A DNA stretch of 64,000 nucleotides. It comes from Lama guanicoe (Eukaryota). The notes beneath the pieces were generated by a model. It was not told the origin of the DNA and searched no databases. It was given only the letters and a program-made list of their open reading frames with translations. The stretch spans positions 886,112 to 950,111 of the forward strand of contig MU053792.1 in the NCBI GenBank assembly GCA_013239625.1, given 5' to 3'. Position 1 is the first letter of the stretch. The number at the start of each line of letters is the position of its first letter. This document shows positions 41,554-55,410 of this stretch, one piece after another. The position numbers and the translations under genes are program-made.

Positions 41554-43326
41554 TAAAATCCTTAAGGTTGAAATTTAATTATGCAATTCTTCTAGTAATA
41601 TTTTGTCAGACATGTGGCATAGGGAAGAAATATTTTGTCACTATCTCTGCATTATACATGCCCTTAATAATTTCTAAATTTCTATGTTATAGAGTAGAGT
41701 TGTTAGACATTAGCTCAAGTAGTTTATTATTATTATTATATTATTATTACTTTGTATGTGAATTTCCATGAAGAAATTGTATGCTTTTTAAAAAATTTTT
41801 GATAACTAGACATTTCAAATGTGAACAATCACTGGTAACTATTCCACTCAGATAAAAACTATGTTTGCAAAGTGATTCACAGTGAGTAGGGACATTGGGA
41901 AATTAGCAGAAATGTAAAAATGTACAAAATTCTCAAAATTTCTCTTTCAAATTAACAGTAAAAGGTCAATTTTTTTCTGAGAGACATTGCAGAAGTATGT
42001 TATCAGTATCTGCAAAGGAAGCTGTTAAATTTCTGATCATAAGGACATTTTTTTTCCTCACCTGAAAAGATAGATTACTTCCTTAGATGTCGTGTAAATA
42101 ATGGCATAATGTTTCTTAAACTCCAGCTTAGTGGTTCTGAGCTCCTACATAAAAGGCATAATATTTTTGATAATTTTTACTAATAGCTAACTGACAGTGT
42201 ATTCTAGTGAAAAGTTTTCAACTATAATTTGGAAACTCAAGCCTAGAAAACTGTGATCTATGGGAAGAGAAGCTTTTTCTTTTCTTCCATTTTCTAATTA
42301 TAAAATTTTCCTTACTAGCTATGTCAATTTCCTCTCTGTGATATAGTAATTTGGATAGTCATACCATTTTCACTATACTATAGAATCATGAAATTTCAAA
42401 ACAAAGTATTTATTTGAGTATCCATTGTGTAAATCACTGTAATCCAACCCTCTGATTTAAAGATTAATAAGAGCAAGATATTAAATGGTATGTTAATTGG
42501 CTTTCTCTGACTCAACGTCCAGGTTTGTGGAATGCTCAGGACCAAGTCATGGGCTCCCTGAGTCTTAGACAAGTGCTCTGTTCACTGTATTACACCATTT
42601 TACACCATTTCTCATGCTTAGATAATACATATGAAAGCATATTAAGAAGAGAACACATTTTCAAGATGCAAACCACTTTCAGGATTAAAAGGACCTTGAG
42701 AAATCTTTTAGTCTTCTTTTTGCCTTCAAGCTGGTTCAGAGAAAAATCATCTCCAAAGCCCAATTATATCAAGTATTAATACACAGAGATAAAAACATAA
42801 AGCTTTCTTCTGAACTCATTTCTAATCTGGACAGTTTGCTCTACAGCATGCTCCCCTCATTCTGTCATCAGTGTATACAGAGACTCCCTTGTCCTTCTCT
42901 TCCTCATGATAAACTATCATATGTCTTCCTTCCTGACATTTTATTTTATCAGCCATTACTTATTACAACACTTTTGTAAACCATCTCTTGAAGTTCCTTT
43001 TCCCCTTAGAGTTTTAGTATCCAGAATGGGCTTCAAACTTCTTAGCAGAGTTTTGTAGCTCCTTGCAACAATTTTTCATCTCAGTGATAATATATAATAG
43101 CATGTGTCCATTGTGGTCCTCCTGTCTGACACTTGGGTGTAGTTAGTTCTTCCCTGTCTTGCCTTTAGCCTATCACAATGTTTGCTATTCGATAATCTCC
43201 AACCAGACTTATCTATGTCATAGCTTTGGGCACTTTGGTTTATATATAATTACATATAATTTTCTAACCCTTTACAGAGCTCTTAGCATGATACTAAGCA
43301 TTCAGTGGTCATTTAATAAATGCATA

Positions 43327-44552
43327 CAGTCATTTCTCATTATTCATGGTAGTTCTATTCTATAAAGTTGCCATAAACACTGAATGAGTGAATACTGAAT
43401 CCTTACTTCTATGGGAAATTACAAGGTTAGGTCACAACATTTTTGTCAACCAATCTGTTGCCGATGGATGCAGCCGGTGTTCCAGGTTCTTGTCCCATCC
43501 CAGAAAGAATTCAGAGACAAGATGTAGTGGTTAAAAAAAGTGAAGTGAGGATTTATTAAAGGATGGGTAGTGCACTCTCAAGGAGAGAGCGGGCAGGCTC
43601 AGGGGACCAGCTGCCCTGAGTTTCTTTGGCAAGTTAGTTACATAGAGTGTAAAAATGAATGGGCGGAATATTTATTGGGGAGGGAAGGGCTTGGAGTCAT
43701 ATTCCCTGATTTTCATCCCAACTCCACCTTCCCAAAGGGAGGAGGGAGTTTCGTCCTTATTTAGACTGGATTAGAAGTGTCATGGCCTCAGTGCATGATG
43801 GGTACTTCTGATCTGTAAGGCTAATCTTACTGAAATGAGGGCATAATGAGCAAAGGGTTACATTCGGACACTGGGAATTCCTGCCTTTTTTTCACCTTTC
43901 TTTGTTGGTCTCCAGGCCAAAAGGTGTGGCCCTTTATCAGCCCCAAGGTTCCTGCTTTTCTTCCTCTGCCCAGGGACCCCTCGTGCTTACATGATGTGTG
44001 GTTTCCTGCATTTGGCCTGTGCCCCTCCTTTCTGCCCAGTTCCTGCCATTTGGTCTGTGTCCCCCTTTCTCTGCTCATATCTAGCTATCTGCCTGCTCTC
44101 ACAAATCAACACATAACACATTGTTATTTATGTGTTTCTGTTTAAAGACATCTTATTTAAGACACTGTTGACTCATTAACATTGACTTCATGACCAACAA
44201 CATGATAACTCATGCCTCAACAAAGTCCATCTAACACATACTTTCTCCATGAGCCACATCACAGCCTTCCTGCACTGAGGAACACTAGACAGTGCTTCAA
44301 GCACTACACCTTGGGGCCATTTTAAGCAGTGAAATCATCAGCAAAAAACACAAAACTGTGAAAAACCCTGCAGTAACTAGATCACAAAATGACACTTGTT
44401 TATAGTATGAGAGCTGAAACAAAAAAGAGCACTGCCTTGCTTGACTGCAGCTGGGAATGTACTTGTGGGGCAACGACTTGTGGGTCACGAATAAATTTTA
44501 GCAAGTAAGCAAATTTGCAAACATGGAAACCACGAATAGTTAGGATTAAATG
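43327..44552. mobile_element. Tigger-family DNA transposon (Tigger4/Zombi-like) split by an LTR
   Basis: TA-flanked, with degenerate inverted termini cagtcatttctcattattcatgg and ccacgaatagttaggattaaatg. Confidence 0.75.
43456..44103 (-). mobile_element. Young ERV1-type solo LTR, 648 bp
   Basis: TG...CA termini, perfect 4-bp TSD AATC (43452-43455 and 44104-44107), minus-strand AATAAA at about 43552, CpGs retained. Confidence 0.9.
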
Positions 44553-44576
44553 TACCTAATAAACGTGTGCTTCTAT

Positions 44577-44602
44577 TGTGTGTGTGTGTGTGTGTGTGTG
44601 TG
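44577..44602. repeat. (TG)n microsatellite
   Basis: Directly visible in the sequence. Confidence 0.9.
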
Positions 44603-44664
44603 TTTTAACCAAGATTTAAAGCATGATTTCTGATCTTGTCAGTTCTTGCTTTAAAAAAAAAAAA

Positions 44665-45520
44665 NNNNNNNNNNNNNNNNNNNNNNNNNNNNNNNNNNNN
44701 NNNNNNNNNNNNNNNNNNNNNNNNNNNNNNNNNNNNNNNNNNNNNNNNNNNNNNNNNNNNNNNNNNNNNNNNNNNNNNNNNNNNNNNNNNNNNNNNNNNN
44801 NNNNNNNNNNNNNNNNNNNNNNNNNNNNNNNNNNNNNNNNNNNNNNNNNNNNNNNNNNNNNNNNNNNNNNNNNNNNNNNNNNNNNNNNNNNNNNNNNNNN
44901 NNNNNNNNNNNNNNNNNNNNNNNNNNNNNNNNNNNNNNNNNNNNNNNNNNNNNNNNNNNNNNNNNNNNNNNNNNNNNNNNNNNNNNNNNNNNNNNNNNNN
45001 NNNNNNNNNNNNNNNNNNNNNNNNNNNNNNNNNNNNNNNNNNNNNNNNNNNNNNNNNNNNNNNNNNNNNNNNNNNNNNNNNNNNNNNNNNNNNNNNNNNN
45101 NNNNNNNNNNNNNNNNNNNNNNNNNNNNNNNNNNNNNNNNNNNNNNNNNNNNNNNNNNNNNNNNNNNNNNNNNNNNNNNNNNNNNNNNNNNNNNNNNNNN
45201 NNNNNNNNNNNNNNNNNNNNNNNNNNNNNNNNNNNNNNNNNNNNNNNNNNNNNNNNNNNNNNNNNNNNNNNNNNNNNNNNNNNNNNNNNNNNNNNNNNNN
45301 NNNNNNNNNNNNNNNNNNNNNNNNNNNNNNNNNNNNNNNNNNNNNNNNNNNNNNNNNNNNNNNNNNNNNNNNNNNNNNNNNNNNNNNNNNNNNNNNNNNN
45401 NNNNNNNNNNNNNNNNNNNNNNNNNNNNNNNNNNNNNNNNNNNNNNNNNNNNNNNNNNNNNNNNNNNNNNNNNNNNNNNNNNNNNNNNNNNNNNNNNNNN
45501 NNNNNNNNNNNNNNNNNNNN
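44665..45520. other. Assembly gap (856 N)
   Basis: Run of N. Confidence 1.
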
Positions 45521-46182
45521 TTTTTTCAAACGCAGGAAGTGCTTTTACTTTTCTGGTGTCATCTCTTCTCAGCTTTTTTCTTCCTATTAAAAAAGCATCA
45601 ATATTTTTCTTTTCTTCTCTCTTGATCCTAAAATACAAGCATTGCATTTTTTTCCTCTTTTCCTTTATGCCTTATGTCTTTAATTCTACTTTATTTCTTA
45701 TTTTTATTTTCTTGCCATCTATAAAGATGATGTAATGGCTTTCTCTACTCAGAGGTGTGTTGGTCTAGGCAGGGAAGGATGCATATCTATGTTTGGCTTG
45801 GTACCTTGCTTAAGTACCTCAGTTTCCTTTGGTCATCCCCTTCCAATTATGAGGGTGCTTACTTAACCTTAAGCCTATCTTGTCATGTACTTGAACAATA
45901 TATAGTAAAGCTTTTAATATGGTAATGCTTTTTTTTATTTCTCAATGATTTTACTCAAGAGAAAAGACATATTGTTAATCATAATTCTTTTTGCTTCAAA
46001 CTAAAAACCCCAGAAAACTAATTGTCAAGATTTCCAACCAAAAACATTAGTTGTAAAATGAATTTATATTGCTTTGTTCTTGCTGTAGGAAAAGTGAAGA
46101 ATTTTTTTGTTACTAATAACTAAATATATATTTCATGAATCAATACACTAGGAGTGTCCCTAGTGAATCCTCATTTTAATCT

Positions 46183-46385
46183 TTTTTTTTTAGATTTTTT
46201 TTCAATTGAGGTATAGTCAGTTCACAATGTTGTGTCAATTTCTGGTGTACAGCACAAGTCTTCAGTCATACATTAATATACATATATTCATTTCATATTC
46301 TTTTTCACCATAAGCTACTACAAGATATTGAATATATTTCCCAGTGCTATAAAGTATAAACTTGTTTATCTATTTTATATATAAT
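46183..46385 (-). mobile_element. Short L1 3' end fragment
   Basis: T-tail followed by ttgaggtatagtcagttcacaatgttgtgtc, the same family as 27180-27570. Confidence 0.85.
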
Positions 46386-47672
46386 AACGCTTTTAATTTA
46401 TATGTCACACATAAATCTTTCTAATGAAACTTTAATTAGATTCTCTACCATTGAAATGTTCCCTGTTGGAGTTTATACTCTTTATCTTACCCATGTTTTA
46501 GTCCTTCTCTTCCTGGGAATGCTGACAGCTATGCTTAATGATCATATTGCTTGAGTTTACTTTCTACAATTCAAATTTCAAAAGATTTTTCTTAATTTAT
46601 GAGCAACAAGTCAAGGAGATCATTTTCCATATTCCACAGCACAAAAGTGCTCCTAATACAGGCTTAGCATGTGTTCATCATATAGAATTGTCCATATAGA
46701 ATCCTGGAAAGAGATAATGTAGTTTTTTTGTCGTGATTAGCAGTTGATGCTCTGCCATGCCTCACGAAAATTGTGCCATGCTTTTCATGTGTTTAGGAAT
46801 TTTCCAATCAAACTCTACAAGCATTCTATGTTCTTTTTCTTTAAACAAATCTCATTTTCTTCTCAGTTTTTTCCTCATTTCCTCTCCTAATCTTAATAAC
46901 CTTTTCCTGAAGGCTTTGTGTTTTCTCAACGAGAAGCATAGGACAATCATCAGAAAGCCAGTGGTCTAGACTGCACTTCTCCACTTTGATCCTAGGTTAC
47001 AGGGGAAACAGAAATGACTTAACCTTCCTGAACACTCTCAGCAGGCATGGGCATCACGTGCACGCTTATTTAGCACAGAGACTGGTGCGTACACATTTGT
47101 TAAATAAGTAGATGTTATTTCTGGCATCCTATATCTGAGCAACAATCAACATTCCCATTCATTCTTCTAAGGAACTGGACAGCTATTACACTTCAAAGTC
47201 AATAAGCATATATTAAATCTAAAGGAGCCCTGATGGGCATTTGGAGGAGGAAAGAGTAGGACATCCCAGCCCTCCTGGGGCTCAGCCACAGCAAGAGACC
47301 ACAGGCAGCTTGTGGCAATACTGAACTTAGCCTTTTTTATACTTTAGCTGTTTCTACTTGGACACAACAAAAAAACTTCATCTAGAGGTCTTGCTTCTCC
47401 CAACTGTTGGAAAACTGTGCATTGGAATTTCTATTTTTCAGAGTGTGTTTTCTCCTTTTAAAATCAGAGTGGTAGGAATTGATATACACTCTTCGTAATA
47501 AAGCAACAACAGAAATTTCTGAAGCTACAGGCAATTAACTATCAATAATTTGTGCTTCAGACAGGATGATACTTTATGTCACAGAATACACTAACTCACA
47601 GAGCTCCCAGACTTTTCCTGGTGATTTATAGGAATTTCACATTTACCATTATAATTATTTTTATTTTGTTAG

Positions 47673-47858
<186 letters not shown>

Positions 47859-48029
47859 TAAGTTCAATTTATTTCATAGTCCTTTTTAAATGGAATAGTC
47901 AAGGAAATAGAATAATCTATCTGAGAATAAACATATATTACAATTATCATTTTAATATGTCGAACCATTATTATTTCTGAAACATTTCTAAATAGAGTAC
48001 TGGATGGGATACTGTTCATATTTTATGTG

Positions 48030-48415
48030 GTGGCTTAGCCAGTATGAGCTAGGTTATGGCACAGTAATAAAGAGCCCCAAGTCTCAGTGGCTTAAAACAC
48101 TCACACAGACACTGGATTAGTAGGGGCATTCTGCTTTTTGTAATCACTCAGGGATCCAAGCTGACAGAGCAGCTACCATCTTGAAGGCTACGAAGGGAAA
48201 CAGAATTGTGGGGACGTTTCTAACTGGTGATTAAATTACTCTGGCCCAGTAGTAATACACATCACATCTGTTTACAACTTATTTGTCAAAAAGAGTTCAC
48301 ATAGACCTAGATAACCAAAAAGAGTCCAAGAAGTACAAGCTTAGCTTGGGTCCAGAATGAGGAAGAACCAGAAATACTTGATAAACGCTACTAATCTACT
48401 AATCTAATGGCTACC
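48030..48415. mobile_element. Old MaLR LTR (MLT1-like)
   Basis: ctaggttatggcacagtaataaagagccccaagtctcagtggcttaaaaca resembles the MLT1 consensus as recalled. Confidence 0.65.
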
Positions 48416-49073
48416 TCAGTAGACCTTTAAATTGCCTTGTAACCTTGAATTGAGTATGTGTTTATTTTAGTCTTTTATAGTTATACTAACACTGATTCAA
48501 ATGATTAATGTAATGTGTGTATATTTTTCATATTACATTTTAAATTGTTCTAAAATGCCGTGGGTTCAGAACGTAAGTTAAGTAAATGAATTAAAAGGAA
48601 ATTTGGAATAAAGTACACTTGAATATTTTCAACAATACATTATTTTTCTGAATCCCTTATATAATATTTGCAAAGAGAAATACAATCTGGTGTGGTTATC
48701 AGGGTTATTTAATCTATTATGTAGATATGTAGACAAAATGGAAAAGTAACTATAAAATAAACCATATTTCCATTCCTATAAATAATATTTCAGCATTGAG
48801 GAAGCATTCTGTTAGTTACAATGGAAACATCATAATAAAAAACAAATAAAACTTGTACACCTTTCAAGTATACAGCAGAATTGCTTGTATATTACTTTGA
48901 TATTCCTCTTTCAGATTCTAGTCCAGTAACTCAATTAATCCTTTTTTTTTTGCAAATTGTTTATAGATTATAGTTCCACATCCATGTAAAGTCATAAGCC
49001 TAGCAGATGAAGTCACTTTCTGTAAGTAAAATGGCAAAAGATAACATGTGTGGATTTTTTTTTTCATTCATAG

Positions 49074-49190
<117 letters not shown>

Positions 49191-49281
49191 TGAACTGTCT
49201 TCTTAGTTTGTATTTGACATTTTTAAAGTCTTGTAGGTGAAAGGTTTATGGATAGTCTATATTTTTTTCTAAATGTGAGTA

Positions 49282-52200
49282 CAGATGACCCTTGAAAAGG
49301 GTGAATTAGGGGCTCTGATCCTCCATGGAGTAAAAAACATCCAAGTATAAATTATAGTGGGCCCTCCAAGTATGTGGTTCCACCAGTTCTACATCCAAGG
49401 ATTCAACCAACCACAGACGGTATAGTACTGTAGTTTTTAATATTAAAAGGAATCTGACAGAATCACACAAAATCTATGGGATGCAGCAAAAGCAGTCCTA
49501 AGAGGGAAGTTCATAGTGACACAGGCCTTCCTCAAAAAAGAAGAATGATTGCAAATAAAGAACTTAACCTACCACCTAAAAGAATTAGAAAAAGAAGAAT
49601 GAGCAAAACCTAAAGCCAGTAGAAGGAAAGAAATAATAAAGATCAAGGAGGAAATAAAGAAAATAAAGATTAAAATAATGGGAAAAAATCAATCAAACCA
49701 AGAGATGGCTTTTTGGAAGAATAAACAAAATTGACAAACCTTTGGCCAGGCTCACCAAGAAGAAGAGACCACACAAATAAACAAAATAAGAAATGAAAAT
49801 GGAGAGATTACAACCAACATCACAGAAACAAAACAAAACAAACAAACAAAAACCATAAGAGAACACTATGAACAACTATATGGCAATAAATTGGACAACT
49901 TAAAAGAAATGGACAAGTTCTAGAAACTAGTCCACCAAAATTGAATCAAGAAGAAACAGATCAATCACTAGAAATGAAATAGAATCAGAAAAAAAAAAAA
50001 AAAACCTCCTTGTGAACAAAAGTCCAGGACCAGATGGCTTCACTGGGGAATTCTATCAAACATAAAAAAAAACTCATACCAATCCTTCTCAATCTCTTCC
50101 AAAAGAATGAAGAGGAGGGAATACTCCCAAACCCATTCTATGAAACCACCATCACCCTGACACCAAAGCCAGACAAAGACACCACCAAAAAAGAAAACTA
50201 TAGGCCAATAATGTTGATTAACTTAGATGCAAAAATCCTCAACAAAATATTAGCAAAGAGAATCCAACAACACATAGAAAAGATTATACAGCATGAGCAA
50301 GTTGGGTTCGTCCCAGGGACACAAGGATGGTTCAAATACACAAATCAATCAATGTGATAAATCAATGTGATACACCACATCAAGAGAAAGGACAAAATTC
50401 ACATGATCATCTCAACAGACCGAGAAAAAGCATTTCGTGAAATTCAACACCCATTTAGGATAAAAACTCTAACCAAAATGGGTACAGAGGGAACATATCT
50501 CAACATAATAAAAGTTGTGTATGACAAACCTACAGCCAGCATAACACTCAGTTGTGAGAAGCTGAAAGCCTTCCTGCTAAAATCTGGAACAAGACAAGGA
50601 TGCCCACTCCCACCACGTCTATTCAGTATAGTATTGGCAGTCCTGGCCAGAGCAATTAGACAAGAAAAAGAAAAAGAAAAGGGATCCAAATTGGAAGAGA
50701 AGAGGTAAAATTGTCATTATACGCAGATGACATGATGCTATATATAGAAAATGCTAATAGCTCTACACAAGAACTTTTAGAGCTGATTAAAGAATTCAGC
50801 AAGGTAGCAGGATACAAGATAAACATGGAGAAATCAGTGACATTTCTTTACACTAACAATGAAATATCAGAAAAGGAAAGTAAAGAAACAATCCTTTTTA
50901 AAACTGCATCCAAAACAATTAAATACTTAGGAATAAGTCTGACCAAAGACGTGAAAGGCACATGTGGAGAACTACTAAACACTGAATAAGGAAAATTAAA
51001 GATGACTTAAAGAAATGTAAAGATATCCCATGCTCTTGGATTGGAAAAATTAATATTGTTAAACTGGTCATATTACCCAGAGCAATCTACAGGCTTAATG
51101 CGATCCCTATCAAATTACCCAGGACATTTTGCACAGAACCTGAACAAATAATCCTGAAATTTATATGAAACCACGAAAGACTCAGAATTCCCAAAGCAAT
51201 ACTGAAGAAGCAGCAGCAAGCTGGAGGAATAGCCCTCCCCAACTTCAGACAGTTCTACAGAGCTATAGTAATGAAAACAGTGTGGTACTGATACAAAAAC
51301 AGACATATGGCTCAATGGAACAGAACAGAGAGCACAGAAATAAACCCACAAAGTTTTGGTCAGTTAATCTTTGACCAAGGTGGCAAGAATGGAGTAAAGA
51401 CAGTCTTTTCAGTAAATGTTGTTGGGAAAAGTGGACAACCACATGTAAATCAATGAAGTTAGAATACTCCCTCATACCATACACAAAAATAAACTCAAAG
51501 TGGCTTAAAGACTTAAACATAAGACAAGACACTATAAACCTCTTGGAAGAAAACATAGGCAAAATATTCTCTGACATAAATCTCAGCAGTGTTCTCCTAG
51601 GGCAGTCTACCCAGACAATAGAAATAAAAGCAAAAAAATAAACAAATGGGACCTGATTAAACATATAAGCTTTTGCACAGCAAAGGAAACCATAAGCAAA
51701 ACAAAATGACAACCTACAGAATGGGAGAAAATATTTGCAAATGATGAGACTGACAAAGGCTTAATTTCCAGAATATATAAACAGTCCATACAACTTAATA
51801 ACAAAAAAGCAAACAACCCAATCCAAAAATGAGCAGAAGACCTAAACAAGCATTTCTCCAATGAAGATAAACAAATGGCCAATAGGCACGTGAAAAAATG
51901 CTCAATATCACTAATTATGAGAGAAATGCAAATCAAAACTACAATGAGATATCACCTCACATCAGTAAGAATGGCCATCATTCAACAGTCCAAAAATGAT
52001 AAATGCTGGAGAGGCTGTGGAGAAAAGGGAACCCTCCTACACTGCTGGTGGGAATGCAGTTTGTTGCAGCCATTATGGAAAATAGTAAGGAGATTTCTCA
52101 AAAGACTAAAAACAGACTTACCATATGATCCAGCAATCCCACTCCTGGGCATATATCTGGAGGGAACTCTAATTCAAAAAGATACATGCACCCCAGTGTT

Positions 52201-52844
52201 CACAGTAGCACTATATACAACAGCCAAGACATGGAAGCAACCTAAATGCCCATCAACAGATGACTAGATAAAGAAGCTGTGGTATATATTTACACAATGG
52301 AATACTAAAAGAACAAAATAATGCCATTTGCAGCAATATGGTTGGACCTAGAGATTGTCATTCTAAGTGAAGTAAGCCAGAAAGAGACAGAAAAAAATAC
52401 CATATGATATCATTCATATGTTGAATCTTAAAAAAAGAGTACACTAATGAATTCATCTACAAAACAGAAACAGACTCGCAAGCATAGTAAACAATTGTAT
52501 GGTTACCGGGAGAAAGGGGGTGGGAAGGAATAAATTTGGGAGTTTGAGATTTGCAAATATATATAAATAGATTAAAAAACAAATTTTCTCTGCATAACAC
52601 AGGGAACTATATTCAACATCTTGTAATAATCTTTAATGAAAATGAATATATTATGTATATGCATGACTGGGACATTGCGCTGTACACTAGAAATTGACAC
52701 ATTGTAACTGTACTTCAATAAAAAATTTTTAAATAAATATATATATATATATATATCAAAAAACAAAAACATTTAAAAAAAAAAAAGAATCCATGTGCAA
52801 TTGGACCCAGGCAGTTCAAACTGGAGTTATTTAAGGATCAACTG
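49282..52844. mobile_element. MER8/Tigger2-like non-autonomous DNA transposon (49282-49454 plus 52782-52844) split by an L1
   Basis: Inverted termini cagatgacccttgaa and tttaaggatcaactg. The halves join at the L1 TSD. Confidence 0.75.
49455..52781 (+). mobile_element. Young 5'-truncated L1 of about 3.3 kb, sense to GRIA4
   Basis: ORF2 peptides ([47 protein letters not shown]), A-tail, TSD aaaaggaatc (49445-49454) and aaaaagaatc (52782-52791). Confidence 0.95.
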
Positions 52845-53571
52845 CACTTACAAATTTTTCTCGATAATTTGTGCTGAAATAAATTCTTGTGTCATATGAT
52901 TTATATTTAATGGTGTACCAGAGCTGAAATGAACTAATTTATATGCTGCTCAGATCCTTTATTCAAATAGAAGCAATTTTTTTTTAAGGCTTAGCAAAAA
53001 GAATCCTGCAAAACAAAATGTACTCTTCAGGAAAGCACACAATGTAAGTAAGAGACATACTCCCTTCCATGTAGTCACTTAAGAAACCATTAGAGGGAGA
53101 ACAAATAAAGCTACTTCTAACTGGTGGGCATATTTAGAACAGGCTGAATGTTCCTGAAATAAACAAGTAAACACATTCAAATGAGCAATGGAAACAGCAG
53201 ACGGAAGATGATACTATTAAGATTATTGTTAGGTTGGAGAGGGAGAGAAATACCTAAGAAACTTCACCCGAGGTGGCAGGGAGGTTGTTCAGAGAGCTGC
53301 TGGTGCCAGATTTTTGGATTTTGGAGAGTAACTCTGTTACTTTTATGATGTAACTGGGCATATTAGTAGTCATAGTGAAATTATGCAGTCCCACAGCACC
53401 AATTGGCTGTAAACATTTTATACCTAACACATTATAACTTTCAACATTCCTCTTCTCTTGCATTAGCTAGGATGCTCAAGGAAAGACATGACTTCCCTTA
53501 CCTAAAAATTCTTATTTATTTCAAAGCTTGGCTGTTTTAAAATGTTCCTAAATATACTTCCTTGTTTTAAT

Positions 53572-53805
53572 ATGATAATGATAGCTACAATTTATGAAAT
53601 GCCTGTTGTGTTCCAAGCTTTGGACTTGGTGTAATTTGATCCTCACAATAAACCTATTAACAGAGCACTATTATTTCCCTTTTTCTAGTGAGAAAAGTGT
53701 GGTGCAGTGGGTTATGGTTACTTGTCTAAGCCATAAAGTGAGAAAACAAAGTTTTTTTAACTCAAATATGTCTGACTCCAGAACCTTCCTACGTCATTAC
53801 CAGGC
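53572..53805 (-). mobile_element. MIR relic
   Basis: ataatgatagctacaatttatg...tttgatcctcacaataaacc...gtctgactccagaacc. Confidence 0.65.
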
Positions 53806-55174
53806 CTGAGTAGATCCTGCTCTAAAGGAGTTTATTTCCTTGTAGAATAGAATATAGTAAGTTCCAGACAGCAGTTAAAGAAAAAACATGTGAAAATTCT
53901 AAAGATGAAGAGATCATTTCCAGCTGGCAGAAAGCAAATCAAAGAAAGCTGCATGGAGGAGGTGAGATTTAAAGTTAGCCATGAACTTAGGAGTTTAGAT
54001 AGGTAGAAATGGTAGAGGCAAAAAGACAAGGGCTTTTCCAAGTTGTGCTTTGCTCCAGTCTGTCATAGCATGTGCTTCTGTATAGGAGTGAGCAGGAGAG
54101 ATTTAGAGCTGCCATGAAAAGGTCTCTTGCTTTTCAGCCTCTTGTGGCATCCCCCTTGAGGGCAGGCTGCCAGCTAATACAGGGTGGGCGGGAGCCTACC
54201 TGATCCAGATCAGGTGGGGCGGGAGATGGATGGCAGCCTGGAAGCCAAACTGAATGATGGATCCTTCTAAGAGGGACTGAGACATGCTCCCAACGTGAAA
54301 TTTAAGAGGTCCTATGGAAACACTAATTTTACTCAACCTGTTAGCACACAGCCAGCAACAAGAAAGAATGAGGCCCATTTTTAAGCAAAGTACATCTGCT
54401 AGCCATGGCGTAGACAGCATAGTCATAGGCCCCTGAAAATATTGGCGAACTGGTGACCAGCCTGCCACAAGCAGACCCGGCAAAATTAGCCACTTAAGCA
54501 GAACCTTTCCGAAGCACAAAAGACAATTCCGTATTTCACAAAACAGTAAGTACAAAAAGTAAAATGATCTTTATACAAAAGAAAGAATAATGGGAAAAGG
54601 AAGCTGGTAGTAAATTAGTGGTAATAGTAAGTGGGCTGTTTACAGCACTGAATCTTTTCCTGGCTTATTGAACCACGATGGTAACAAAAATTAAGGTTTT
54701 TAGAGGAGAAAGTTAAAGAGTAACTTAAGAAAGCACTTCACACTCAGTTGACGTTTGTCTACGATTCTTAATAGAAATATGAAATGTGAAACAGTGAAGA
54801 TTCATGTCTTTGTTTTTCTGGGTAAATGAACAACTCAGGCATTCTATCAGGAATGTTAAACTTAAAAATGAGCTACCATGAGAAAAAATGTGCTGGTGAG
54901 ACTCAGTAATGTATCTGAAAAGTGAGCAATCGTTCTTGTAAATTGCACATTTGCCAGTAAGGGAGCTATTTTTTGAAAATAGAGAGTTAACTCATCAGTT
55001 TGTCTGACTTGCATGACAGAAAGACTGAGTGAGAGCCTCCTTAAGCTGAAGCCACAAAGCTCCTTCTGAAGCCTCAGCTCCTAAGGATGGTGGAATCTTC
55101 TTACCATTCCAGGGGTCTTACAGGGACGTTCTAAAACCAGACTTGTATGGTTTCTCGAATTCTTAAATGTAAAA

Positions 55175-55410
55175 ATTATATTTATTGAGAGCAGGTTATA
55201 TGCCAGACATGTAAAGGGAAAGTGATGTGCATTTTAATATTTAATGCTTACAACAACCTGAAAGTAAGATCTATTTTTCTCATATGATAGAAAAGTAAGA
55301 ATAGATAGAAACTAAGTAACGTGCCAAGGGATGTTCAAGCGGAAGGAGACGGAGATGGGGTGGACACCAAAGCTCATCTAGCTTCAGAGCTACTCTCTTA
55401 ACTGCTACGC
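55175..55410 (-). mobile_element. MIR relic
   Basis: tatttattgagagc...tatgccagac...atttaatgcttacaacaacctg...ctcttaactgcta. Confidence 0.6.

Noticed and set aside
44616..45735. Four long ORFs of 292-370 aa in the track
   Set aside because: They are artefacts of translating through the N gap.
54130..54770. GC-richer stretch with a 119-aa minus-strand ORF
   Set aside because: No recognisable protein or splice context. It is probably an old LTR-type relic that I cannot name.
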